64,000 bases of DNA from NCBI GenBank assembly GCA_965287045.1, contig OZ336874.1:17298001-17362000 (forward strand), written 5' to 3'. A model generated the notes under the pieces. That model was not told where the DNA came from, did no database searches, and was given only the letters and a program-made list of their open reading frames with translations. A program made the translations under genes and the position numbers. The first letter of the stretch is position 1. The number at the start of each line of letters is the position of its first letter. This document shows positions 23,778 to 37,435 of this stretch, one piece after another. Source of the DNA: Carcharhinus amblyrhynchos (taxonomy: Eukaryota).

Positions 23778-24550
23778 AGAACCATAGAAAATAGGAGCAG
23801 GATTAGGCCATTCAGCCCATCGAGCCTGCTCCGTCATTTATGATGATTTTGGCTGGTCATCCAACTAAAAAGCTGGATCCCCAACTCATATCCTCGGACT
23901 GCCTTCACCCCAAGAGCTAAATCTAACTCTTTCTTGAAAACATACATATTTTGGCCTCAACTGCTTTCTGCAATAGCGAATTCCACAGGCTTACCACTCG
24001 CTGGGTGGAGAAATTTCTTCTCATCTCATTCATAAAAGTGTTACCCTGAATCCTTAGACTATAATCCCTGGTTCTGGGCACCCCAATCATCAGGAACATC
24101 CTCCTGCATCTATCCTATCCAGTACTGTTAGAACTTTAAAAGTTTCCATAAGATTCCCCTCATTCTTCCGAACTCCAGTGAATACAATCCTATCCGACTC
24201 AATCTCTCCTCATACGTCATTCCCACCATTCCAGGGATCAGTCTGGTAAGCCTTTGCTGCACTCCCTCTACAGCGAAACATCCTTCCACAGATAAGGAAG
24301 CCAAAACTGCACACAATATTCCAGATGTGGTCTCACCAAGGCCATGTATAATTGCAGGAAGACATCCCTGCTCCTGTACTCGAGTCCCCTTGCTATGAAG
24401 GCCCAACATACCATTAGCCTTCTTTACCACCTGCTGCATCTGCATGCTTACCTTCAGCGATTGTACCTTCAAGAACATCCAGGTCATGTTGCAGATTTTA
24501 CTCTCTTAACTTATAGCCATTCAGTTAATAATCTGTTTTCCTGTTTTTGC
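23778..24550 (-). mobile_element. CR1 LINE ORF2 3' fragment
   Basis: ORF 24128-24487 VKKANGMLG...EGVQQRLTRLIPGM...YEERL...LYSLE, plus the CR1 tail. Confidence 0.9.
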
Positions 24551-25084
24551 TGATGTACTTTTATCGTTACTGCCGTGGAAGTGAAGGAGAATGATTAGGA
24601 AGTGACTATTTCCTGACCCAAACCTCCCTGCTGGATTCTATGTGGTCAAGTCTATATCCACTCCAAACAACGTTAAACACATTAGACAGGATGCGGCCAA
24701 GTGTGAGGAAAGAGTCTCAGGCCAGGAGTGAGCAAAGTCCTGGCCTGGGGTGAGGTGAGCCAGCAGTTCAGCCTATAGTAGTGGGGCATCTAGTGACCCA
24801 GACTTGGCTTCTTTGATGATAAGAAAACAGTTTAAGATTTTTTGACCCCCCCCCCCCCCCCCCCGCCACTTATGAAAAAGAGACAGTGAGACACACGCAA
24901 CATGCTTGTGTTCGAGGTCCTTAACACCCATCCCTTCCCAAAAGCAGGCAGGTTCCAAGCAGAATTCCGATCAGTGTATGGCCGAGATAAATCCACTCAT
25001 AGTGGCAGTCACGGAATCACGTGATGAAACATCACAGAAAGCGGCCAGACAGCCGCCATGATTCTGCTGCTCAATTAATCCAAA

Positions 25085-25800
25085 CCTCCTGCTCTTTCCC
25101 CATAACCTTGCAAACTTTCCGTATCAAGTATTATTCCAATTCCCTTATGAAAAAGTTATTATTTAATCTGCTTCCACCACCTTTTCAGGCAGTGCATTAG
25201 AAATCATAACAGCTCGCTGTGTAAAATAAGATTTCCTTCTGCTTACTTTGCCAATTATCTTAAATCTATGTCCTCTGGTTGCCGCTCTTCCTGACACTGT
25301 GAACAATTTCTCTTTATTTACTCTGAAAACACTTGGTAATTTTGAACCTCTATTAAATCTCCCCTTAACCTTCTCTGCTCCAAGAAAAACAACATCAGTC
25401 TCTCCATTTAACTGAAGTATTTCACCCATGTGCCACTGTAATAAATCACCTCTATACCCGCTGTATAGCTTTGATATGCTTCTGAAATGCAGTGGCCAGT
25501 ATTGAACACAGCACACCAGCTGGGGCCTAACCAGTGATTTATAAAAGCTTTAAGCTTAACCTACTGGCTTACGCACTCCATATTTCTATCTATAAAGATC
25601 ATTGCCCTTTATGCCTTTTTAACAACTTCTGAACTTGTTCAGACACCTTCAAAACCTTGAAAATAGACACCCACAGGTTTCTTTGTTCCTGCATCCACTT
25701 TAGATTGCAGCATTTAATTTATATTGCCTCACATCATTCTTTCCAACGAAATGAATCACTTCATACTTTCATCTGCTATTTGTCTTTACATTTCTCCAGT
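25085..25800 (-). mobile_element. CR1 LINE ORF2 fragment
   Basis: CVQYWxxHF, TRGHRFKI and FTQRAV motifs in ORF 25163-25516. Confidence 0.85.
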
Positions 25801-25929
25801 CCCTGTTCTCCTGAAGCCAATTACTGTCTTCCCTGCTGTTTATTTTTTGAGTTTTGTCTCATCTATAACCTTTGAAATAATGCCCAAGGAAAGCCAGCTT
25901 CTTACATATGTGCCAGCATGCTGCTCCTT

Positions 25930-26270
25930 GGGGTGGCACAGTGGCCCAATGATTAGCACAGCTGCCTCACTCCGCCAGGGACCCGGGTTCGATTCTGGCC
26001 TTGGATGACCTTGTGGAGTTTGCATATTCTCCCTGTGTCTGCATGGGTTTCCTCCAGGTGCTCCTGTTTCCTCCCACACTCCAAAGATGGGCAGGTTAGG
26101 TGGACTGGCCATGCCAAATTGACCTTTCATGTTAGGGGAATTATCAAGATAAATACGTGGATTATCAGGGCAAATACATGGGGTGACGGGATTGGGCCTG
26201 GGTAGGACTGTTGTTGGTGCAGGCTCGATGGGTTGAATGGCCTCCTTCTGCACTGTAGGGATTCTATGAT
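25930..26270 (+). mobile_element. Full-length HE1-like V-SINE
   Basis: tRNA head with B box gggttcgattc, V domain gggtttcctccaggtgctcctgtttcctcccaca, CR1-like tail gaatggcctccttctgcactgtagggattctatga. Confidence 0.9.
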
Positions 26271-26464
26271 ATATCAAAAAGTACAATGGGCAATGGTCCT
26301 AAGATTATCACCCAGGGCTACCATTATATACGTCCCTCCAGTATGAAAGAAAATTGTTCTCCACCCCTTTCAGGCTGTTTGTCCTTTGGCCAATTTTGTG
26401 ATAAACCAGCCACTGCCCCTTTGATCTCATGGGTCCTCATCCTGTAACACAATTACTTTATGGT

Positions 26465-26655
26465 ACAAAAGCAAAATAACACAGTTGCTACAAATATGAA
26501 ATATAAACATAAATTGTTACAAATATGTAACAGATCGATGGAGAGAGAAAAGAATTAACGTTGGTTGACAGAAGGTGATGAACCTAAAGCATTAACTAAT
26601 TTTTGCTCCTCACAGGTACTCTTTAGCCTGCTGAGTATAACCAGCATTATCATTT
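26465..26655. mobile_element. Decayed palindromic Penelope-derived short element
   Basis: acaaaagcaaaata...ggagagagaaaagaattaacg...cattaact...cctgctgagtataaccagcat; same layout as 59187-59400. Confidence 0.5.
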
Positions 26656-26877
26656 TTTAAAATTTCTATTAAACTGTATTCTGTTAAGCACCTCTTGAAA
26701 ATCCATATACACAATATCAACCATACAATCCTCATCTACTCTCTTGAAAGTTTCTGCCAAGATTACCCTAAGAGAAACACCACTCTTGACCCAACACAGT
26801 CAGGAATAAAAAATTCCAATTGTGGTAAGAAAGATGGGATTGAAGAATTGCATAGATCTACAAACATGTACTGACAA

Positions 26878-27330
26878 AGAAAGACAGATGTGCATTCCTA
26901 CATCACCTTTCACAACCTCAGGACATCAAAAACAACTTACAGGCAGAAAGTACTTTTGTAGGGCAGTTACTGTTGAAGGAAATGCAGAAGCCAATTTGCA
27001 CACAGCAAGCTCCCATCAACAACAATGCAATAATGACCAAATAATAAAAAAATTTAAATGATGGTGTTTGAAGAAACAATATGTCCAGGACACCAGGATC
27101 ACTCCCTTCTTTTCTTTGAAATAGCATTATAGGATCATTCATATCCTGCTGAGAGAGGCCTCGATTTATCATCTCTTTCAAAAGATGGCACCTCTGTCAG
27201 CATTTCATTCCCTTGGTACAACGCTGGATTGTCAGCCTAGATTTCTGTGCTTGCGTATCTGAAGTGTGACTTGAACCTATGATCCTGTGACTCGGAGGTT
27301 AAGTGTGCTACATCAGTGTCATAGCTGGCT
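26878..27330 (-). mobile_element. Deu-domain SINE (SacSINE1-like)
   Basis: gccaatttgcacacagcaagctccc Deu-like core, (tttc) tail, B box gacttgaacc at about 27268. Confidence 0.75.
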
Positions 27331-28749
27331 ATGGTGGAACACTGATTTTGTTCAGTAATTGTAACAAGATGCTAAACATATGTAAAGAATGTGTTTGTGA
27401 GTTCATGGCAATTCTTAAAGTGAGGAAATTGTTCTCATTTAAAATTGGTGAGATGGATCCTCCTCCATCTGAGATTTTGTATCCAGGTTCAAATAAGCTT
27501 ATATTTATTGCATGTTATAGAAATTACTATGACCTTTAACTGAAAAACTACACAAATTGTTTTCATGTTTTCCTAAATGTTATCTTTATCTGTAGGAACT
27601 GATGTATAATTTGAATGGAGCTCCACGGATGGATGCAATGTGCTCAGTCATTTTCATAGGTAAGCCTAAACAGTGGATACTGTCAGATTACTTTAACAGG
27701 CATAACTAGCCTTCAATATTCCATCCTACAGGAGTCGCAAGACAATGATGAAGAACCATCATCCAAGTTAATTTTCTAGACTTGGACAATCTAAGCCTAC
27801 TGCACTGTTCTTGCTCTCACCGTGGCTGACATCACCCAAGTCAACATACACCACATTCAAACCTGGGATCCTTTAATACTATATGGCTTCATAATACAAT
27901 GTCTGGCACGCTGGCCACTGAACTATTGGGGGAGGTTATTCTCCTGTTCTTACACATTGGTACAGATATAAAATTATGAATGTAAACACAGTGATAATCA
28001 GCCCATAAATATCCCAAGAGAGGCTATTAATATAAAAGCTACCTTTAAAGAAATGAGAGAAAAGTATCTCTGAAGATGAAAGTTTGAAGGCATTCACATT
28101 GTTTTGACACAGGTTTCAAAGTGGTATTTGGCTTCATCTGATGAGCACTGATACCACTACATTTGTTTTACTGTGTCTGAGAAACATGCCAGGCCACATG
28201 CATACCGTCCATGCAATGTGATTGAAGAGATACGGAGTAACTGTGCTTACAGAGATTATACTCTGTGTTCAGAAGGTCCTTGATTTAGGCAGGTACTAAG
28301 ACAAATGCGGTGAACTCCAGAAGATGGTGCAAGGCCCAATAACAAGTGTAAACAAGCTATTTGTGGGTTTAAAAAGTAGTATCAAATAGCAGCATTATTC
28401 ATATTTGCTTCACCAAGCACAGATCCAAACATGTGTCTGACACATTTCTAATACCAAAAACACATGTTTTAGGCAGTGGGAGTTTCTGCTTTTTGTCAAT
28501 GACTCCAATGAATGATGTTGAGAGAAAAATAACAGTAAACAAACTCCAGCAGAATGCTTGTTACATAGGTGCTGATGTGTTTGTCACGCTGTCATGTGTT
28601 GCAGATTTGTGTGTTAAGGTCAGGCTGTACAGTTTATGTGCCCTACCTATCCCCAAATAAAAGAACAAAGCAGGGTAGATTTCAACTTACCATTCAGGCA
28701 TAAAATTGACACTGGGGATTGCCTACTCATTATAAAAAGATCCAATCTT

Positions 28750-29640
28750 TAACTTCTTTACCGTTCAGCCTCTCCCATTTTACTTGGCATTGCCACAATG
28801 CTGGTTGACCACCCTTCTCCATCTCCTTCCATCAGTCACCCATTCCTCTTCCAATCCCATTGTGTTTAAGTCTCTCTCCACCGCACCTTTCCACCTGGTC
28901 TTTGGTCTTCCTCCTCCCTCTCTTTCTGTTAGTTCTATCTTCACAATAAGCTTGGGTACTCACCACACCATGTTCTCTCTCTCTCTTCACAACAGATGAT
29001 GGTACCATTTCAAACTCTTCTAGGTTATGCTCTCCAATGCTCCTGCTATTTTCACTTATGAGCTGGTTGCTGCTCTTGTTCTTGCACATTACTCAACATA
29101 TCCATTCTGGCATCCAGATCTCATTAATGTCCAACCATTGTTCCGCTTGATGTTGCCCAGATTTCTGTTCTACGTAACAAGGCAAGTCTCATAACTGTCT
29201 TGTAGATTCTTCTTTTTGGTTCCAGAAATGCCTTTCTATCACATAACACTCCACTGCCTCTCTCCCAATTACTCCAACCAGAGCTAATTTATTGCTTAAA
29301 TTACCTTTTCTGTTCAACCAACTTCTGCCACCACTGGCCAGCTCCTTGAAACTACTCACCTTCTCCAAGGCTTCACACTTATCTTTTTTACTAGGCTCAG
29401 ACTGATAGCCCATAAATTGGGTCTTTGGTCTACTGATCTTCATGCCACTATTTTCCAGTGCAGTTCTCCAGATATTGGGTCATGTTTTCATTATCCTTAT
29501 CACATCGTCAATGTCATCTGCACACCATGACATATCACTTCCCACTTCCAGAGTTAGAAAATCTATGACAATCAGGAAAAGGGAGGGGCTCAATGCCAAT
29601 CTGGTGTAGTCCAACTTTGACTTTGAAACTCACTCTCGCT
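28750..29640 (-). mobile_element. RTE-clade LINE reverse transcriptase fragment
   Basis: FKVKVGLHQ, ADD-like, MKISRPKTQFM and KRGRRKTK motifs across frames. Confidence 0.8.
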
Positions 29641-31856
29641 CTGCACTTCTCCTTACTCTTGCCTGGCATTCTTTGTGCACATTTTTTAATAGTCTTTCTC
29701 AAGGACTCCACAAATTCTAGTACATCTTTAGCCTTCCTCCCTAGGTACCTGATCATGATCTTCATATTCAATTTATGATATGTAGTCAAGTTGAAAATCT
29801 CCCCAAGCTTATTGTGGTCTATGATAACTAAACCAACCAAGTATTCCTGATTCAGTTTACACCCTACACAATCAAACTTTCAAAATGTGAACATGCACAC
29901 TCAAAAATAGTACAAGTTTGCCATGTTTTCCTTAGACCTTGGTTTGTTTATATAAAGATGGGAGAAGCTGGAAGTCAATATGATTTCAACAGCATAATAA
30001 AAACAGATGCGCTTAATACTTAATGAGAAAGGCGTGCTCATTGGAATGCTACATCTTCCAGTGCTTTTGTCTTTCAAACATTACTTTCTGCCCAACATGC
30101 TGAGGTTCACTATAAATGGCTTTTTAAAACCACTTACTGGCAGATTTTATAAACTCCCTTCAATACTTGTACAACCAATGTCACTAAAAATTTATAGAAG
30201 TCTTCATTTTTAAACATCTTTGTATTTGCTTTGTGACCTTTGACCACTTTTTTTTACAGGACAGATTTAATGTAAAGTTATATGAAATGTTGTGTTGTAA
30301 AATCCAGTATATTCCGGTCAGTAAAAGGGAGTCTAAGTTTCAATTAAAGGCAGCTCACCAGCATTGTGATAATGTTGTCCACTTTTAGACTGTAAATCAA
30401 AAAGCCACTCATTTATTGTTAATGGATAAACACCTCATACCCATTGTGTTGGTTGGTCTTTGGTCTCTTTCTGGCTTTCTCAACAGCTAGAGATAGAAAC
30501 ACCAACAACATAACAAGCAGTGTGGCTTTTGGAATCAGGATGTTGAAAAGGCAGCAAAAAACGATGCAAAGGTGAAACAAAAGAACAAGGGTATTACAAA
30601 ATTAGCTTTTAAGTCAAGCAAGAGCACTTACTAAAGAGATGTGATGCAAAAAGTTAAAGCTTACAACCCATCTCCATCTCCACCTGCACGCCACTGAAAC
30701 TTTCCTCATGCCTTCATCACCTGCTGCCTCAAATTTTTCAACACTTTTCCAGCCAGCCTCCAAAATCTCACTTCAAATGATTCCATTTCTGTCAGCTTTT
30801 CCAGCTTTACAATTCCCCCATCGCCCTTCCATTCCTCCCAGCACTTGTTCATTTGTGACTCTGGTCTCTTATGCATATTTCCCTCTCTTCAAGCCACTCT
30901 TGATGATAAATCTTCCCCATATGTATTTTCCTGCCAAAACCCATCCATTTCTGACCACTCTTGTTTTTATAGACACTACGACCTTTAAGTAAAAATATTA
31001 ATAAAGTCACAAAAGACAAACCACTCAATAAATTTAATCATAGTGTTTTAAAGCAAGTGTTTTAAGTTCTGGTTAAACCTTTTCTATAGGCATCAGAAAT
31101 TTCAACTACCACGAAAAAAATCAGGAAGCATCTGGGACAATTTATGAAAACGAGTGGTCAAACTGCACAATTACAGGGTGAAGCACTCACCATGCCAGTC
31201 TAGCATGATACTTGGAACATTGAAGATACCTATAGCAGCATGCCATATACAAACCAACAAGGATAGCAGCTCCCTCTGACCAATTTTCCATGAAACATGT
31301 ACCCCAAACAGTTGTTTTAGTGTACTATGTACCGGCACTAAAAGGGTTCATCCTTTGACAACGGGATCCAATTATTGAAAATACCACAGCGTAAAGAGGA
31401 AAACAGAAATGAGGCTCTCCAAATGCCTCGCCTGGCAAAGGAGCATCTTTCAAAAAATATCTTCAACATAAATTTGCATTAATGAAAGGATAATGAAAAA
31501 GTCAAGAGGCTCTCAATTATTTTAATAATGAAGTACTGACATCTTAATGGATGTCTTTTCAAAATCATCAAATAGATCAGAAGGTTGAGCAAGTGGAAAT
31601 TTCACCACTTTCACACATTTGCATGACCTGAACACAACAGAAAATGTGTTCTGCAGAAGTTGCAGAAATTTTGACAGAGTGGATTCATATCTGTATCTTG
31701 CTACCGTATCTTGGTCTTCAATGCTGGCTGCTTTAATGTATGAGTGAATTGAGAACACTGAAGCAGGAGTGGGCAATACAGTCCCTAAGTCCATTCTGCC
31801 CTTCAAGTTCGATTGTGGCTCATTTGACCTTCTTCCATCTGATGTCCGTTCTCAAT

Positions 31857-32218
31857 CGTAGGGACGTGGGCATCACTGGCTGACCAGCATTTATTGTTCA
31901 TTCCTAGTTACCCTTGAGGTGGTGGTGATGGTGAGCTGCCTTCTTGAAACATAGCAATCCACATGCTGTGGGTTGAGCCACAATGCCGTTTGGGAAGGAA
32001 TTCCAGGATTCTGACCCGATGACTGCGAAGGAACAGTGATATATTTCTGAGTCAGGACAGCGAGTGACTTGAAGGAGAGCTTGCAGGTGGTGGTGTTCCC
32101 GTGTATCTGTTGCCCTTGTCCTTCCAGACGGCCATGATCATGGATCTGGAAGATGCTACTGAAGGGACTTTGGTGAATTTCTACAGTACATCCTATAGAT
32201 AGTACACACTGTTGCTAC
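31857..32218 (-). mobile_element. LINE 3' end (CR1/L2 group) sharing its tail with SINE family 2
   Basis: gggacgtgggcatcactggctgaccagcatttattg...gagctgccttcttgaa...ggaattccaggat. Confidence 0.7.
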
Positions 32219-34358
32219 TCATCTAACATTGAATCATTCAGACCAGGAAATTGAGAAGTTTAATCCTGTTTTGCACTGTTAGGAAAACTTGATTGTGATG
32301 ATGGTTAGCTAGAAAAATCCATAAATATCAATGTCCATCTCACAGATCAGAAAAGGAAAACATAAGTTCACTCTTTTCTGATCAAAGAATCATCATTTCA
32401 TGTTATATTGCTTAATTATGTTTTATCATTTTCAGTATTTGTTCAAGTATTGGTCTCTCTATTTGTGGAAAGATGTAAACACATTAGAAGCAGCCCAGGG
32501 AAGGTTTACTAGAATAATACCTGGAATGGCCGGGCTGTCTTTGGACTCCTGATCTGACTGGTTGCATTGTGTGGTTTGGAATGCCATACACATACCCCAC
32601 CTGCCCCCTTTCATGTAATTTGTGTAGAGTTAGTTTCATTTCTTGAGGACATCAGGTTCACAGCCTCTCAGAGGAATCATGAACAATGTTTGAATTTGGG
32701 AACCTATTGAAAGGCATGTTTAAAAGCTCTTAAATCCCTGCCTTTTCATTGGCTTCATGCGTTTTTCTGTCTATTCACCCGCCATGCCCTATAGAAGCAA
32801 TAAGCCATATAGTCATAATAATTCTTAAAATGCACTTAAAAACCTGCACTCAAAAGTCTGCTTTGGAAAAATAACTGCTACGCTTACAACCCTATGAATG
32901 TGCTAAGCAGAAACAGCCTTAATAGTTTCACTCTCATGTCACATCTCTTAATTTTTCCAAATAAATATATACAGACAATGAAAAAACAGTTCAAAGAAAT
33001 AATATTTTATTATCACTTATAAGATATCAATCAAAGTTAACTCTGCACTGTAAAGCCAGACCCTCCTCGAACTAATCCATTTGTGCAACTGTATCAACAG
33101 AAACAGTTGGCCAATGTATCTGTTTATCCACATGGCCTCATTGTGAATGCTTGGCTGAGTTCTCAGACTCACAAACAGACGAGCTGTTCATGAGAATTCC
33201 TAGTTCATGGGAATTATGCTGAAGTTGAATGTTTGTTTTGATTGATCAAGATCTTTGTGAGGTTATAATAAGTCAGTTTTAAAAACTTTCTTTCAATGTC
33301 TGTATGTCTATTGAAAAGATTAAGAGATGTGAAGTAAAGCTTCTATTAATGATATCATGAAATGCTCTGTCTGATTAAAACTTTTATAGGGTTTTAAGAG
33401 CACTGGCTCTTTTTGAAAGGAGAATGGGCATGTGACGCCTGTGCTGGCACTAGGATTACATTTTTTAAAAGCTGTATTTTAAGGTTATATTTAAAGGCAC
33501 TGAATTCAATTTTTTTTTAACAAAACTGAATATTAAGAAGGCTCCAAGTTACCAAACAGATTTGTGAAACAGACTGATCGAGAAACATAGACCATCTTTA
33601 ATTTAATTACAGCTCACTCGTCCAGCAGACTTTTTGATGCCTCATGCAGATGTTTGCTTTCCAAAGTGATTTTACTACAGAAAAAAAATCAGGCTAATAT
33701 TTAATACATGAATAGTTAAATCAAGAATAGTTTTAACTGTTGAATTGGATGAAGGACAGTTAATAACCCTCAGAAGTCCTGGGACACAATTTCCCTAAAA
33801 GGTTTAAATTAATCTCCTTTCTTCCATAGGCATACATTATTTCAAGCACTGAGGGTTATGAAGCAACGAGTGAAAGTTCCATTACATTGCTGGTTGACTG
33901 AAATATGATAATTAATGATTAGCCTTTTAGTGCAGCAAACAAGACTCCAGTTAGTCCAAGTAGTGCTGCAACAGACCAATGCATCTGAATTCTCTAGAAA
34001 AATCTATGAACACTTCTACATTTAATAAGTATCCGAGGAACAGGAGTAGGCCCTTCAACCCTTCATGTCGGTTCTGTCACCAAACGAGAGCCCGATGCTA
34101 TGCAACTAATAATTCCATGGTCACAAATCTGGATTCGATACTTGGAGACTAACTACATTGAAAAATTCATTCACAGCAGCTATTGTCTGAAAAGATTTGT
34201 GAGCTGCCAGTGGTGTAAAAGGTATTCTTAATACCCTTGATAATCAAAAATCTATTGACCTCAGAGTTACAATTTAAAGAATCAGATATAAAGCATCTGA
34301 TTTTTTTTGTCAGAGGGAGAACCAGACTTTCTCAGATACTGTCTTTCCCATTTGGCAT

Positions 34359-34815
34359 TCATAGAATTCCTACAGTGCAGAAGGCCATTCGGCCCATCGA
34401 GTCTGCACCAACTACAATCCCACCCAGACCCTATTCACGTAACCCTGTGCAATTACCCTGCTAATCCCCCTAAGGGATAATTTAGCATGGCCAATCAACC
34501 TCACCTGAAAATGTATTTACCCTGCTAATCTCCCTAATCACCTGATGAAAGGGCAATGCTCTGAAAGCTTGTGCTACCAAATAAAGCTATTGGACTTTAA
34601 TCTGGTGTTCTGAGACTATTTACTGTGCTTATCCCAGCCCAATGCTGGGAACGCCACATCAATCTCTCTACCCTACACATCTTGGAACAGTAAGGGGCTA
34701 TTTAACATTGCCAATCCACCTAAGAATCCCATGCAGTCATTAGGAGAGCATGCAAACTCCACATGGACAGACACCTAAGGTTGGAATTGAACCTGGTTCT
34801 CAGGTGCATGAGACA
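34359..34815 (-). mobile_element. HE1-like V-SINE with an internal duplication, interrupted by a Penelope-like insert
   Basis: catagaattcctacagtgcagaaggcc tail; tgcaaactccaca...ggaattgaacctgg head. Confidence 0.75.
34537..34660 (+). mobile_element. 124-bp Penelope-like terminal element with a minimal hammerhead ribozyme motif
   Basis: cacCTGATGAaagggcaatgctctGAAAgcttgtg followed by AATAAA; flanked by aatctcccta / aatctctcta. Confidence 0.7.
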
Positions 34816-34859
34816 CTCTTGAAAGATTACATTAGGGGTGACAGGATTCAGTACAACAA

Positions 34860-35240
34860 ATGAGGAGAGAACTAGGGTTTTTTTATACTAGAAGAGAAAG
34901 CTAAGAGGTGACGTGATAATGCACTTCAAAATTGTGGGCACTTGATAAGATCATTTTTTAGAAAAAGAAATCTATTCTACCTGGTTCATGGAGTTGGTAA
35001 CTAAAATAAAAATTTCTGATCTGCACCAAAAGAGGGAAGGTTTGGAGTAAAGGGGTTTTTTGACCTGAAATATCCCCCAGTAACAGGTGTGGAAGCAGCA
35101 TTCATAGCAGCTTTTGAAATGGAAACAGCTAGATATTTGAAAATGTTTAAATGAGTAGAGCAAGGGAATGAATGCATGGTTCTTTCACAGGGCCTTCAGG
35201 ATTGTGATGGGTTGAATGCCATTCTTTTGTGCTGTGAAAT
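34860..35240 (+). mobile_element. Old CR1 LINE 3' fragment
   Basis: ctagaagagaaagctaagaggtgacgtgata...gatgggttgaatgccattcttttgtgctgt. Confidence 0.55.
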
Positions 35241-37101
35241 CTTACAACTTGTCAAGGACATTTCCCACACAAGTCCTCTTTTTGGCATTTCAGAGGGAAT
35301 GTAGCATTTTAGTGTCAAATTTGTTTTGAATTATGGGCATTTTTATCCCAGGAACAGATGTGCCTGAATTTTCACCCCTGCAGGCTCTGCCAAACTGACT
35401 CAGAATGAAGTGTCTCTGAAGGCTGAACATTCAGTCCAGAAAGTTGGGGGGAAGGGGAGAGGAACTCTCTGGAATTCGGATCTGCTGGTCTCTGGAATGA
35501 GTGTGGAGGCTGCTGGTTGCAGAAACGGGCTTGCCCAAGGGTCTGCCTCTGCTCAGGCGCTATGTCAAAGATACACTAAAAACCAATAAAACAAAGGGTA
35601 GCCCTCTGGACCTCATCCGTCCTCACCCTGCTACACACAAAGATAGGCCGTGGTCATTAGGAGAAGTGCAATCCTTTATGTTCAGTCCTTATTGTGGACA
35701 GAGAAAGCAGATTTCCATCACGTTAAATTTTAACCCAAACACAGGTCCTAAAGTTGAAGAACACCCTCACTCCTCCTTGAACTCCGAAAAAATACATTTC
35801 AATAACTTAAACATTGAAATCTTACGTTGATAAAATTAACCTTCTGCCTTTCAACTGAATTTGCTTCTCAGGGTATGATTTAGTTGCTGCAGGTGCTGGA
35901 GTCACTGAAGATGTGGCTTATTTTATTCTCTTCCATCATTCCATTGTACTGTCATGGAACAAACATCTTTGAAATGACAGATCTGGTTTGAGGTATTTTC
36001 TCTTCAACCTAGAGGTGACTCTTGGGCAATTTTATGCCATTATCTTCTTCTATCTGCTTTCAAGCTCTTTTGGTAAAAATACTAAGGATGCGTGGAAGCC
36101 AAAGATTAGTTTCTGTCAGAGAGAAGGTTGGTTTATAGTGAGGCAGTAAAAGTAAACGTTACTCACAACGAAGGAAACATTATCTATTATTATGTTCTCA
36201 TTCTGACTGACATTCACCTCTTCTGTAAGCTTCCGTCTCAAACGTAAACCTAATTACACGTCTCTTATTAGTGGGAAATACCACAAATGGACCAAGCATT
36301 TCAATTTCCATATTTCGGAAAGGATCGAGGTTCACATGGAAAATGCTACAGTCTACACCAACTCTATTAGTGTCTCGAATTTCAATCAATTGCACCATCA
36401 AAGAATGAAAATGAGAAATTGATATTGTGGTGATTCGTTTACTGGAGTCGGGGAGAAAAAAAAATCAACTCCAGTATAAATTATACCGGAGACCTGCCAG
36501 CAGGTTATAATGTAGCATTTTTAAAAGATTAAAGGTTGAAAATATTAAATTATATGATATGAAAAATAAAGTTCCACTTAAAAAAAATCAATTACAATGT
36601 AATTCAGTTTGTTGGCAGGATTAAACATATTTGCTACTGTAAAGACAACCAGAATATGCAAATGACAGCAGAAGGTAGAAGTGAGTTTTGAGAAAATTTA
36701 GACATTTAAATTTAGAGGTATTTTTAGATGGCGTCAAACTGAAAATTTCACAGAGCCATGTGACCAAATTATCTTCTTTAAACAAACTCATTGGCATGTA
36801 TTTTCCAATACAAAAATTAGAAGTTTTTTTATATATTTCGCTGCTTCTCAATGTTAGAAACAGATTCCCTTGTTTTCTCACAATAGCATCTTCCTGCACA
36901 GTACAAATGTTTCCAATTCCTACACCAGCTACTATCAATCTTACCTCTGTGGGTGATTCCCAATTTCATGTTAATGAATGACTATTTCTGCTATGGAGGT
37001 TGTTTACCAGGAACTAGACTGAAATCTATTTTGTGTAGGACTCTTAAAGCTGTTTGGGAAAGATCTTCAACTCAACAGTTTCCACATTCTAGAGGTGAAC
37101 G

Positions 37102-37435
37102 GAGGAGGTGATGATCTAGTGGTATTATCGTTAATGATTAATTCAGAAAGTCAGCTGGGGACCGGGTTCGAATCCCACCATGGCAAATGGTGGAATTTGA
37201 ATTCAATAATAAATATCTGGAATTAAAAATCTACTGATGACCATGAAACCATTGCTGATTGTTGGAAAAACTCATCTGGTTTACTAACGTCCTTAGGGAA
37301 GGAGATCTGCCATCCTTACCCATTCTGGCCTACATGTGACTCGACAGCCACTGCTATGTGATTGATTCTCAACTAGGGATGGGTAATAAATGCTGGCCAG
37401 CCAGTGATGCCCATGTCCCACAACTGAATAAAAGA
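37102..37435 (+). mobile_element. tRNA-derived SINE (family 2)
   Basis: B box gggttcgaatccc; core gggaaggagatctgccatccttacc; tail aataaatgctggccagcc. Confidence 0.8.

Noticed and set aside
25930-26000. tRNA-like A/B boxes at SINE heads
   Set aside because: They continue into SINE bodies and do not form complete cloverleaves, so they are not tRNA genes.
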